From positions 1 through 63,738 of the forward strand of contig JANWYQ010000088.1 in NCBI GenBank assembly GCA_025055015.1: 63,738 bases of DNA, given 5' to 3'. Below, piece by piece: positions 1-8,744 of the stretch. Under the pieces are notes generated by a model. It was not told the DNA's origin, ran no database searches, and saw only the letters and a program-made list of their open reading frames with translations. The stretch's first letter is position 1. Each line of letters begins with the position of its first letter. Position numbers and translations under genes: made by a program. Origin of the DNA: Caldilineales bacterium (lineage in GTDB: Bacteria > Chloroflexota > Anaerolineae > JAAEKA01).

Positions 1-7
1 TTGCGCC

Positions 8-110
8 CTTCGTGGCCGCCAGTCGCTGTGGTTGAAGAAGCCGGCTCTGCGCCGACAATTCGCGTTCTCCGTGCTTCGCGTACTTCGTGCCCCTTCGCGC
101 CTTCGTGATC
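8..110. repeat. Degenerate CTTCG(T/C)G short-period intergenic repeat (REP-like)
   Basis: Several CTTCGYG units at 9-10 nt spacing (cttcgcgtacttcgtgccccttcgcgccttcgtg); related units at 42170-42200 and 63022-63090. Confidence 0.5.
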
Positions 111-246
111 CCGGTTTTTTCCCGAACTGTAGCGCAACTCCACAGGAGTTGCGTTACATTCCAGAGTGCCTGGCAGGTGAGCGACGTTGTTTGTATTCTC
201 GTGTGATCCTATTCGTGGCCTCAGCTGGGCTGCCAGGAGTTGACCT

Positions 247-3200
247 ATGCACCGAACCCACCTCCTCTGGCTGACTGCGACGCTGTTGATCTGCTGCTTC
301 CTGGCAGCTTCGTTTCCGGAACGTCCGACCTGGGCATTGAGCCCCGCCACATCCGCGTCCTCGCCTCCCTCTCTCCCCGCAGGAGCGGGGGAGCCGGGGA
401 TGAGGTCTTATCTCCCTCTCCTCGCAGCAGAGGGAAGCACGGGGGTGACGTCCCTCCAGATCGCCAACGTGACGGAGAACGCCGACCCCGTCGGCCTCTA
501 CGAGAAGTTCGAGCTGACCTTCGACGTGCTGGGCAGCGTGGCCACCCTGCCCGACTTCCCCTACGACCCCGCGCCGCCCCCCGGCGTGCCCGCGGGCGTC
601 GGCATCACCGTGGAGGCCCTCTTTACCCCCGACAACTGGGCCACCACCCTGGTGCAGCCCGCGTTCCGCTACCAGGCCTACCAGTCGCAGTGCGTGGGCA
701 GCGACGATCCCGCCACCTGCCCGGACGGCCGCAACTGGCTCTACCCGCAGGGGAACCCGGTCTGGAAGGTGCGCTTCGCGCCGCAGCAGGTCGGGGCCTG
801 GCGCTACCGCCTGCGGGCCACTGACGCCTCCGGCACCGTGGAGAGCGCCGAGGGCAGCTTCACCGCTGTGCCATCCACCGATCCTCTCAACCACGGCTTC
901 GTGCGGATCAGCCGCACCGACCCCGGCTACTTCGAGTACTCCGACGGCACCCCCTTCATCGGCGTGGGCCACGGCACCGACTTCGGCAGCGACCGCTTCA
1001 CCTTCTTCGTGGACGAGGAGATGGCCCGCTTCGCCGCCAACCGGGTCAACTTCCTGCGCACCTGGATGAGCGGCAGCAGCATCTACATGGCGCCCTGGAA
1101 CCCCTGGTACTCCCACCACCTGCCCGGCGAGGGGGGCTACTTCAACGCGGCGAGCCTGACCTACGCCGAGGCCTACGCCGACCACGTCTTCTCCCTGCGG
1201 CTGTGGGACTACCCCGACCCCGGCGTGGAGGGCCGGCGCAACCCCTGCATGTTCCAGGGCTTCGTCAACGACATCGCGGTCAAGCCCAACACCACCTACC
1301 AGCTCCGCGTCCGCGTGCGCACCGTGGGCGTGACCGGCCCGCGCGACGGCCGCTATCCCTACGGCTTCACCGTGCGCACCGCCGGCTGGCTGGGCGATAC
1401 CTGCGCCGACCCTGCGCAGACTGCCGAATGGTCCACCCGACTGGTGGGCCATCGCGCCGGCACCACGGCCTGGGGCGAGATGACCGGGGCCTTCACCACC
1501 GGCCCCGACCAACGCTTCCTGGACAACCTCTACCTGATCCTGGAGAACACCACCGGCGGAAACGCCTACGTGGACGAGGTATCGCTGCGGGAGGCGGTCG
1601 GCGGCCAGCCCAGCGGCCCGGAGCTCCTGCGCAAGAACCGCTTCGCCTACCAGCGCTACTTCGACCCCCTGCCGGCCTGGCAGTGGGATTACATCTTCGA
1701 GCGCGCGGCGGCCAGCGGCGTGACCATCCGCCCCGTGGTGCTGGAGAAGAACGACTGGATCGCCAACCACCTGGACGCCAACGGCAACCCGGTCGGCGCG
1801 TACTACGATCTCGACAACAACCGCTTCTACGCCGCGCCGAACACGGCGGTGCGGCGCTACCACGAGTACTTCTGGCGCTACCTGATCGCGCGATGGGGCT
1901 ACTCGCGGGCGGTGCACTCGTGGGAGCTGATCAACGAGGGGGACCCGTACAACGGCAACCACTACGCCATGGCCGACGCGTTCGGCCGCTTCATGCGCGC
2001 CCACGACCCCCACGGCCACCCGGTCACCACCTCCAACTGGCACAGCTTCCCCCAGGTGGAGTTCTGGGCCAACCCGGCCTACAGCGGCGTGGACTACGCC
2101 GACATCCACGAGTACGCCTGCTGCGGCAACCGCTATGCGGGCTGGGCGAGGGACATCGGCGATCCGCTGGCGCTGGAGACGCGGCCGGCCTATGTGGTCG
2201 GCGGCCGGGGCGCGTCAGTGCGCATCCCCGGTGCGATCCAGTTCAACAACGCGGGCGGCACCCCTCGCTCCCTGGCCATCCGCGGCCGCGGGGAGTGGGT
2301 GATCCGCTACCGGATGAAGGCGGAGGGCTTCACGGGGACGTGCAGCTTCGGCCTCCCCAACTCCTTGGCCGGCCCGCGGCTGCTGTGGATCCTGGACGAC
2401 AGCCAGAGCAGCGTGGTGCCGCCGCCGGCCGAGGAGGGCAAGTCGTGGCTGTGCACCGCGCCCGCCGGCACCTACGACTGGCGCACCTTCGACAGCCGGT
2501 ACACCCACGACGGCCTCCTCGCGCCCGCGTCGGAGCGCATCATCCTGAACGACGACGGCATCCACAGCCTGTCCATCTGGTTCCAGAACGGCTTCGGCAC
2601 CGGCGGCAACGCCTGGATTGACGAGGTGGAGCTGATCGGCCCCGCCGGTCAGCGGGTCTACGTCAACGGCGAGTTCGACCCCACCGTGCTGTGGGAAGAC
2701 GCCGCGCACCTGACCGCGTCCCTCAGCCGGCAGATCGGCGGCCGCGCGGCCTCCGGGCCGGGCAAGCCGGTGACGCGCGGGGAGGTGGCCCTGGGCGACG
2801 CCGACGACTACCGGGGGGACGAGAACCACGACCAGAGCCTGGACACGGCGGGCGTGTGGCTGCACACCTTCGTGTGGGGCCAGATCAACCCCGGCGGCCT
2901 GTACGAGCTCTATTGGGATCCCATCAACATCCGGCGCTACAACCTCTACGGCCACTTCCGCGCCTTCCGCAACTTCATGGACGGCATCCCGCTGAACAAC
3001 GGCCGGTACGCCGACCTGCGGGCCGCGGCCTCCCATCCCGACCTGATCGTGCTGGGCCAGGCGGACCGCACGGCCGGCCGCGGGCACCTGTACGTGCGCC
3101 ATCGGCTGTACACGTGGCGCAACGCGGTGGACGGCATGGCCATCCCCCCGCTGGCCGGCTCGGTGAGCATACCCGACCTGGCGCCGGGGGTCTACCGGGT

Positions 3201-3666
3201 GGAGTGGTGGAACCCGTGGACAGGCGCGGCGACGGGTGTGCAGGACGTCGCGGTGACCGGCAGCGAGCTGACCCTGGCGCTGCCGACGCCCCTCTCCACC
3301 TCCGTTGCGGCCAAGTTCGCCCCCCTGGCCGTGGCCGACCTGCGGATCGCGCGCGTTCCGACGGGCGTCCAGCTGCGCTGGCGCGACTTGGGCGGCGGGG
3401 TGCAGCGCTACCAGGTGTGGCGCAGCGCGCAGCCCTACTTCCGGCCCGGCGACCCCGGCTCAAGTCGTATCGCAGACAACGTGCCCCCTGTGCCCGGCGG
3501 CGAGGTGGTCTTCACCGACGACAACAGCCGCGCGGGGAACACGGCGGTCAACGACGTCTACCTGGTGGTGGCGGTGGTGGCCGGCCAGCCCTCCGCGCCC
3601 TCGAACCGTGTGGGGGAGTTCGACTTCGGGCTGACGGCGGGGAGTTCTACCAACCGACGGTTCTAA
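247..3666 (+). CDS. Secreted multidomain glycoside hydrolase-like protein (DUF5060-like N-domain, clan-A/GH5-like barrel with CBM-like inserts, RVGEFDF C-terminal domain)
   Basis: 1139 aa; signal peptide; YEKFELTF...WKVRFAP..G.WRY (DUF5060-like); WELINE putative acid/base motif; YRVEWWNPWTG module; strong GC3 codon bias. Confidence 0.75.
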   Translation: MHRTHLLWLTATLLICCFLAASFPERPTWALSPATSASSPPSLPAGAGEPGMRSYLPLLAAEGSTGVTSLQIANVTENADPVGLYEKFELTFDVLGSVATLPDFPYDPAPPPGVPAGVGITVEALFTPDNWATTLVQPAFRYQAYQSQCVGSDDPATCPDGRNWLYPQGNPVWKVRFAPQQVGAWRYRLRATDASGTVESAEGSFTAVPSTDPLNHGFVRISRTDPGYFEYSDGTPFIGVGHGTDFGSDRFTFFVDEEMARFAANRVNFLRTWMSGSSIYMAPWNPWYSHHLPGEGGYFNAASLTYAEAYADHVFSLRLWDYPDPGVEGRRNPCMFQGFVNDIAVKPNTTYQLRVRVRTVGVTGPRDGRYPYGFTVRTAGWLGDTCADPAQTAEWSTRLVGHRAGTTAWGEMTGAFTTGPDQRFLDNLYLILENTTGGNAYVDEVSLREAVGGQPSGPELLRKNRFAYQRYFDPLPAWQWDYIFERAAASGVTIRPVVLEKNDWIANHLDANGNPVGAYYDLDNNRFYAAPNTAVRRYHEYFWRYLIARWGYSRAVHSWELINEGDPYNGNHYAMADAFGRFMRAHDPHGHPVTTSNWHSFPQVEFWANPAYSGVDYADIHEYACCGNRYAGWARDIGDPLALETRPAYVVGGRGASVRIPGAIQFNNAGGTPRSLAIRGRGEWVIRYRMKAEGFTGTCSFGLPNSLAGPRLLWILDDSQSSVVPPPAEEGKSWLCTAPAGTYDWRTFDSRYTHDGLLAPASERIILNDDGIHSLSIWFQNGFGTGGNAWIDEVELIGPAGQRVYVNGEFDPTVLWEDAAHLTASLSRQIGGRAASGPGKPVTRGEVALGDADDYRGDENHDQSLDTAGVWLHTFVWGQINPGGLYELYWDPINIRRYNLYGHFRAFRNFMDGIPLNNGRYADLRAAASHPDLIVLGQADRTAGRGHLYVRHRLYTWRNAVDGMAIPPLAGSVSIPDLAPGVYRVEWWNPWTGAATGVQDVAVTGSELTLALPTPLSTSVAAKFAPLAVADLRIARVPTGVQLRWRDLGGGVQRYQVWRSAQPYFRPGDPGSSRIADNVPPVPGGEVVFTDDNSRAGNTAVNDVYLVVAVVAGQPSAPSNRVGEFDFGLTAGSSTNRRF

Positions 3667-3746
3667 GACCCTCGATCTCGTCGAACGGCATCCTCCGCAA
3701 ACAGAGCGATGATGACGTTGGTGTCCAACAGATATCTACCACTCAT
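3663..3746 (-). pseudogene. vapC: Truncated VapC/PIN toxin fragment (27 aa)
   Basis: Manual translation MSGRYLLDTNVIIALFAEDAVRRDRGS*; YLLDTN is the PIN-domain N-terminal motif; overlaps the end of the upstream antitoxin-like ORF. Confidence 0.75.
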
Positions 3747-3963
3747 TGGCGTCAATTCGTTCACACCCTTCTTCGATAGCAAAACGCATCAACTGCAGAT
3801 CGTCGGCCGGTATCGCACCTGCGAAGGGCAGGAGCTGGCTGCCGGGTGCACCCCGGAAAGCGGAGCCAGCAAGCGCGCGGGTATACTCAAACACACGCCA
3901 TTGCGACTCGTACGGCAGGACTTTCAGTTGTTCGACGATCTTGTCTACAATCGGTGTGCTCAT
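3736..3963 (-). CDS. Putative type II antitoxin (VapB-like, 75 aa); in frame with upstream HEPN stub
   Basis: MSTPIVDKIVEQLKVLPYESQWRVFEYTRAL...FAGAIPADDLQLM..AIEEGCERID; directly upstream of and overlapping the PIN fragment. Confidence 0.6.
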   Translation of the reverse strand: MSTPIVDKIVEQLKVLPYESQWRVFEYTRALAGSAFRGAPGSQLLPFAGAIPADDLQLMRFAIEEGCERIDANEW

Positions 3964-3984
3964 GCTGTCGGTGTGCTCATGCTG
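3951..3984. repeat. Perfect 17-bp tandem duplication spanning the antitoxin start codon
   Basis: tcggtgtgctcatgctg at 3951-3967 and 3968-3984. Confidence 0.95.
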
Positions 3985-4459
3985 TTCTCCTCCATAGCTC
4001 TTGCTGAGTTCGTCCAAGCGCCTCTCGATACCGCTGAACTCGACGCTCATGCCTTGCTCCTTTCAAAATGTCCTGGCGCTGCGCCTCCAGAAACGGTAGA
4101 TAGTCCCCGTAGAGGCTCATCACCGTCGCCTCGTACTCGACTCGTTCCGCCAGGCTGCACTGGTACAAGAGCTTGCCCTGCGCGATGACCGCGTAGGCCA
4201 GCTCGATCGGCGCCCGGTTGAGAATAACTAGGTCTACCCGCTGGCCGTCGAGGGCAGTCGAGAAGAGATGCTCCAGATGCGCGCGGCATTGCGCCACCGG
4301 CGCGTCCTCTGTCAGCAGCACGGCCAGGTCCACATCGCTCAGCGGACCGGTGGTGCCGCTGACCTGCGAGCCGAAGAGGTACACCAGCCGCACCTGGGCC
4401 TGCTGGCCGGCCATGGCCGCGATCTGTTGTTGGAGGTCAGGAAAATCGAAAGCTGACAT
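3977..4459 (-). CDS. Minimal nucleotidyltransferase (MNT/MntA-like antitoxin)
   Basis: YLFGSQVSG...SDVDLAV (GS + DxD) and VDLVILN motifs; about 160 aa. Confidence 0.85.
   Translation of the reverse strand: MSAFDFPDLQQQIAAMAGQQAQVRLVYLFGSQVSGTTGPLSDVDLAVLLTEDAPVAQCRAHLEHLFSTALDGQRVDLVILNRAPIELAYAVIAQGKLLYQCSLAERVEYEATVMSLYGDYLPFLEAQRQDILKGARHERRVQRYREALGRTQQELWRRTA
4003..4050 (-). pseudogene. N-terminal stub of HEPN/DUF86 (HepT-like) toxin
   Basis: MSVEFSGIERRLDELS begins inside the 3' end of the MNT gene, as in MNT-HEPN pairs; no Rx4H motif or remaining HEPN body follows. Confidence 0.55.
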
Positions 4460-4573
4460 GGAAGCTCCAAGCGTCACGCACCGGTCTCGCTCTGGCAGCA
4501 TTCTACCACTGCCCGGCAGCGCCGTCAATCAAGTCGCTTGATGCGGCAGTCGGTCTCCAGCACCGCTCACCGC

Positions 4574-7500
4574 TCACGGCGCTCCCGGCGTCAGGGAGAA
4601 CTCGAACTCGCCGACGCGCGCCGAATACCCAGACTGGTCGAAGCCGTTGAAGGACTGGGCCACGTAGAAGGTCATGCTGCCGGGCTGACCCAGGGCGCCG
4701 GCGTCCACCGTAGTGGTGGCCGAGGTGGTCCGCCACGTCGCGCCGGGCGCGAAGTAGGGATTGGCCGTGTCTCGGTACAATCGGTAGCCCGTGGCGCCGG
4801 GCACGGCCGGCCAGCTCAGCCGCAGGTTGGCGCCGTCGGCCGCGGCGGTTACTGCGGGCGCGGGCAGGGGCCGCAGCAGCGCATACCACAGGGTCTTGTG
4901 GACGCCGGTGTTCACCGTGAACTGGAGCTGGCTGCCGCTGACGGTGGCGCTGAGCTGCGTCTTCCTGGCGCCGGTCTCGTCCAGAGCCCACACCTGCACC
5001 GAGCCGGGGTTGCTCACCGTCAGGGTCACCGTGGCCTGGAAGGGCTCCACCAGCGACGGCGGGCCGCCCCAGTTGGTGAGGGTTGTCCCTTCGGCGTTCC
5101 AGGTCTGGCCGGTGTTCTCGGTGCGGGTGAAGACGCCCAGGATCACCTGGCCGGAGGAGGACAGCGGCAGGCCGTCGCGGCTCTGCGCGGTGACGACCGC
5201 AAACTGGGCCGTGGCCGAGGGCACGGCCAGGCTCAGGTTGCTCAGGCTGACGGTGCGGCCGGCCAGGAAGCCGACGGCGCCCTGGGCCTGGGCGGCGTCG
5301 AAGGTCACCAGGCCGCGGCTGGGGTCGCTGACGTCCCAGCGCAGTTGCCCGCCCGCGCTGACGTAGACCGGGCCGCTGGGGGTGGGCAGGGAGGGGGTGA
5401 CCGGCGCCGCTGCGTTGAAGTCGCCGATGCGCAGCCGGCTGCCGAAGACCGCGGCCGGGCTCACCCCCTTGGCCTCCTGCAGGTACTGGGCCACGCTGCC
5501 GCCCCAGCCGTACAGCGCGCTGTCGTAGCGCTCCGCCTCGGTGAAGCTCAGCGTGCTCGCCGTGGGCGCCGGCGCGGTCTGGTAGTCCAGGAACAGGCGG
5601 GACGCAATGGGCATCAGGCCGGTCATGATGGGGTTGCCGGCCAGGTCGAAGAAGGTGGTGCTGTACTGGGCGTTGTAGTAGAGCTGGTCCTGGTAGTAGG
5701 CGAACTGGAAGACCGCGTCCCAGTCCTGGAGGTTGGCGATCAGGGCCACGAGGATGGGCGCCTCGGCCTGGTAGCGGTTGGGGAAGGCATCGTTGAACTC
5801 GGTGATGGTGAACGGCTTGCCCTGCACCGCGGTCACCGCCTTGTCGAACAGGCCCGTGAAGGGGGAGTTCACCCACGGCTGGTTGGTGATGTACCAGCCG
5901 GTGGGGGACCAGGGCGGGTCGTAGGGCCAGTAGGGGTGGTCCCAGTACAGGTGGTTGTCCACGAAGTCCAGCTGGGACATGGCGTAGATGTCGGCCAGGC
6001 TGTCAATGTAGCTGGCGGTGCCGGTGTTCAGCGGGCCGGGGTGGTTCGTGTGCAGGTAGGTGCGCATGCCGCTGTAGAAGGCGCGCTGCGTCTCATCGTA
6101 GAAGCGCAGGGTGTCGCGTATCCGCTGGGGTGTGTACCGGTAGACCTCGCTGCGGCGGATGCGGGCCACGTTGTTCCCCTCCAGGCTCTCGCCCGCCAGC
6201 AGGCCTTTCCTGTTGTACGGCTTCAGGCTGACGTTGTCAATCCAGATGGTGCGGACGCTTTGCCCCAGGTCGAACACCACGCGGCCGTCGGCGTCGCTGG
6301 CCGTGGCGGTGAAGACGAACTCGAAGGGCTGCCAGCTGGCCGTGGCCTCGACCCAACCCCACAGCCCCAGCCCCTCCCAGGGGTCGTGGTTCTGCATGAC
6401 CCCCACCAAGAAGCCGCCCGGCGCGCTGGTCCTGGCGTCGAAGGTCAGGCGGTAGGTCTGGCCCGCCACGATGTTCAGCCCGCCCTGGCTGACCTGCACG
6501 TGCCAGCTCACCCCCGACACTGCGGTCACGTTGGCGCGCAGGGAGCGGCTGCCGTGGGTGAAGGTGCTGGTGTCGGTGGTGAAGGTGGCCGCGGCCGGCG
6601 CAAAGACGCTGGGGGCCCACGGCGGGATGCCGGTCTCGAAGCTGCCGTTGGCCAGCATCTCCGTCTCCGGCACCGGGCTGGCCGGCGCCCAGGCGGCCTG
6701 GAGCGCGGCCGTGCTGCCGTAGCGGTTCTCCAGCCAGCCCAGCCAGCCGTCCCATGCGTCCACCTCCCGGAAGACGAAGCTGTCGAACCAGAGGGTGCGC
6801 ACGGCCTGGCCGACGCTGAACGCCAGCTGCGCGCCGCCGTAGAGGGTCTCGGTGGCGGTGAAGGTGTAGTCGTACACCTGCCACCCCGTGGTCAGGTTGA
6901 TCGTCTGCGCCCAGCCCAGGGCATCCCACGGGTCGCTGGCGCGCATGACCGTCGCGTAGACCGTGGTCGGCGTGCTGGCGCGCGCGGCGAAGCGCACGCG
7001 ATAGGCCCGGCCGGCCTGCAACGCCAGGTTGGACTGGCCGAACTGGGCATGCCAGTCGGTGCCGGAGACCGATGTCACCTGCACCTGGAGCGCCTGGCTG
7101 CCTTCGTAGGCCGGGGTCGTGGCGATGAAGGTGGCGTTGGCCCCGCCGGTGGTCCAGGTCCACCAGTCGGTCAGGCCGCTCTCGAAGCCGGGGTTGCGCA
7201 GGCGCACGATGCGCGGCCCCGCGCCGGCCAGGTCGGTCCAGCCGTCCAGCTCCAGGCTGGAGAAGGCAGGGAAGCTGCTGCTGTCCCCCGGCCGGTGGTT
7301 GAGCCAGTCGGAGACCCAGGAGAGGAAGAAGCTGTCCTCGTTGCTGGTCTCGGTGGTGAAGATGACGGGGTCGTCCTGGTAGGCCAGGCCGGTGTAGGGG
7401 TTGACGTGGTTCAGGAGCTGCGCCGCGTACTTCTCCTGCAGCCCGCGCATCACCGGGTCGAACAGCGTGGCGCCCTTGTTGAAGTAGACGCTCGAGCTCT

Positions 7501-8134
7501 GGAACTCCGGCGCGTCCACCACGCCGTCGCCCAGGGTGAAGTTGCGGCTGACGTGCAGGTTCAGGTCCACGTAGATGCCGTGGCGCTTGAGCTGGTAGAT
7601 CAGGTAGTCCAGCCGGCCGAGCTGCACCGGGTCCATCACCTGGGTGTTGTTCCAGTACTCCAGCCAGATGCCGCCGGGCCGGCTGAACCAGTCAATGTGG
7701 TGGAAGCGCACCGCGTTGAAGCCCAGCTTGGCCAGCCGGCGGGCCAGCTTCTCGGCCGCCTGCGCGTCGGGGAACTCGCCGGAGCCGCTGGGCGGGTGGT
7801 CGGGGGAGGGCGGGAACGCAGCGCTGAAGGTGAGGTTGGTGCCCCAGAAGCGGGCGCGCTCGCCGGTGTTGCTGAAGCGGAAGTGGCCGTCGGGCCCCAC
7901 CACGACGCGGCCGCGGGCGTTGATCACCGCCGAGAGGTCGTCGCCCGGGGCGTCCCGCAGCAGGTCGGAGGCGTCAATGGGCGTAGCCGTGGCGTCGTCC
8001 CACGGCAGGGTCAGGGGGAACCAGGTGGAGGTGTCGGTTGTGGGCTGCGGAGCTGCGCCCGCAGCCAGGACGGGGTGGGCGAGCAAGAGGACCAGCAGGG
8101 TGAGGAGAGGCAGGGGGGAGCGCAGCGCGTTCAT
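4574..8134 (-). CDS. Secreted clan-A (GH5-like) glycoside hydrolase with two CBM4/9-like domains and RVGEFEF C-terminal domain
   Basis: 1186 aa; signal peptide; GFNAVRFHHID, VDLNLH, ETSNEDS, ITEFN motifs; two NxxFE...WHxQxxQ...YRxxFxAR repeats. Confidence 0.75.
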   Translation of the reverse strand: MNALRSPLPLLTLLVLLLAHPVLAAGAAPQPTTDTSTWFPLTLPWDDATATPIDASDLLRDAPGDDLSAVINARGRVVVGPDGHFRFSNTGERARFWGTNLTFSAAFPPSPDHPPSGSGEFPDAQAAEKLARRLAKLGFNAVRFHHIDWFSRPGGIWLEYWNNTQVMDPVQLGRLDYLIYQLKRHGIYVDLNLHVSRNFTLGDGVVDAPEFQSSSVYFNKGATLFDPVMRGLQEKYAAQLLNHVNPYTGLAYQDDPVIFTTETSNEDSFFLSWVSDWLNHRPGDSSSFPAFSSLELDGWTDLAGAGPRIVRLRNPGFESGLTDWWTWTTGGANATFIATTPAYEGSQALQVQVTSVSGTDWHAQFGQSNLALQAGRAYRVRFAARASTPTTVYATVMRASDPWDALGWAQTINLTTGWQVYDYTFTATETLYGGAQLAFSVGQAVRTLWFDSFVFREVDAWDGWLGWLENRYGSTAALQAAWAPASPVPETEMLANGSFETGIPPWAPSVFAPAAATFTTDTSTFTHGSRSLRANVTAVSGVSWHVQVSQGGLNIVAGQTYRLTFDARTSAPGGFLVGVMQNHDPWEGLGLWGWVEATASWQPFEFVFTATASDADGRVVFDLGQSVRTIWIDNVSLKPYNRKGLLAGESLEGNNVARIRRSEVYRYTPQRIRDTLRFYDETQRAFYSGMRTYLHTNHPGPLNTGTASYIDSLADIYAMSQLDFVDNHLYWDHPYWPYDPPWSPTGWYITNQPWVNSPFTGLFDKAVTAVQGKPFTITEFNDAFPNRYQAEAPILVALIANLQDWDAVFQFAYYQDQLYYNAQYSTTFFDLAGNPIMTGLMPIASRLFLDYQTAPAPTASTLSFTEAERYDSALYGWGGSVAQYLQEAKGVSPAAVFGSRLRIGDFNAAAPVTPSLPTPSGPVYVSAGGQLRWDVSDPSRGLVTFDAAQAQGAVGFLAGRTVSLSNLSLAVPSATAQFAVVTAQSRDGLPLSSSGQVILGVFTRTENTGQTWNAEGTTLTNWGGPPSLVEPFQATVTLTVSNPGSVQVWALDETGARKTQLSATVSGSQLQFTVNTGVHKTLWYALLRPLPAPAVTAAADGANLRLSWPAVPGATGYRLYRDTANPYFAPGATWRTTSATTTVDAGALGQPGSMTFYVAQSFNGFDQSGYSARVGEFEFSLTPGAP

Positions 8135-8339
8135 CGGTGGACCTCGCTGGGACGGCTCGCGGGCGCGTGCGGGCGTAAAATCGTGCAGTCGTGACCTCGT
8201 GAGGTCGGGTGGAGGCGTGGGTGGTCAGGGTGTGCGAGTTGTCGAGCCGATGGGCGTCGAGCCTCTGGGCGGGCTCTGATTGTAGCACCACTGCTGCGGG
8301 CGAGCTAATCAGCGCGGCGCGGCCGCCGGGCGGAGGCTG

Positions 8340-8500
8340 CCGGGCGATCAAATCGCCCGGCCACCAAGCAGCGCCCCATGAACGGGGCTGGGCATCAGGC
8401 CGGCACACGAGCCCGCTTCAGCGGGTGCCGCCTCTGGGCCGGGGGACTTCATCCCCCGGCCTTCGCCCGGCCTCATCCCAGCGCCCCATCAACGGGGCTG
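8340..8500. repeat. Cluster of REP-like palindromes in a divergent intergenic region
   Basis: cagcgccccatSaacggggctg twice (8369-8390, 8479-8500); hairpins ccgggcgat-caa-atcgcccgg (8340-8360) and ggccggggga-cttca-tcccccggcc (8437-8461). Confidence 0.7.
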
Positions 8501-8650
8501 AGCGGCCGGCGCTGTCTTGGCGCCCGGTTGTTCATAACCGGGGCGGCCTGCCAAAACAAGCCCTACACCTCAGCGGAAAAAGTTGGACTGATCTGTTGAG
8601 CTTCAAAACAGCGCTCGGCGACGGGCCTCCGAGCGAGATCGAGCAGGTGC

Positions 8651-8679
8651 TTGCCTCGCGCTGTGGCCTGTGGTAGAAT
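8651..8679 (+). promoter_or_regulatory. Sigma70-type promoter for the serine protease
   Basis: TTGCCT-17-TAGAAT with extended TG. Confidence 0.6.
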
Positions 8680-8744
8680 GCCCTTGCCGTTTCCTCCTTG
8701 TCCCCGGCGCCGGGGAGCCTCACAAGCGCTGAGAAGAGGAGCCC

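Noticed and set aside
154-8194. Very long antisense or alternate-frame ORFs (e.g. 154-2109 minus, 4538-8194 plus, 14150-15991 minus)
   Set aside because: Shadow ORFs expected from high GC3 bias opposite real genes; no protein motifs.
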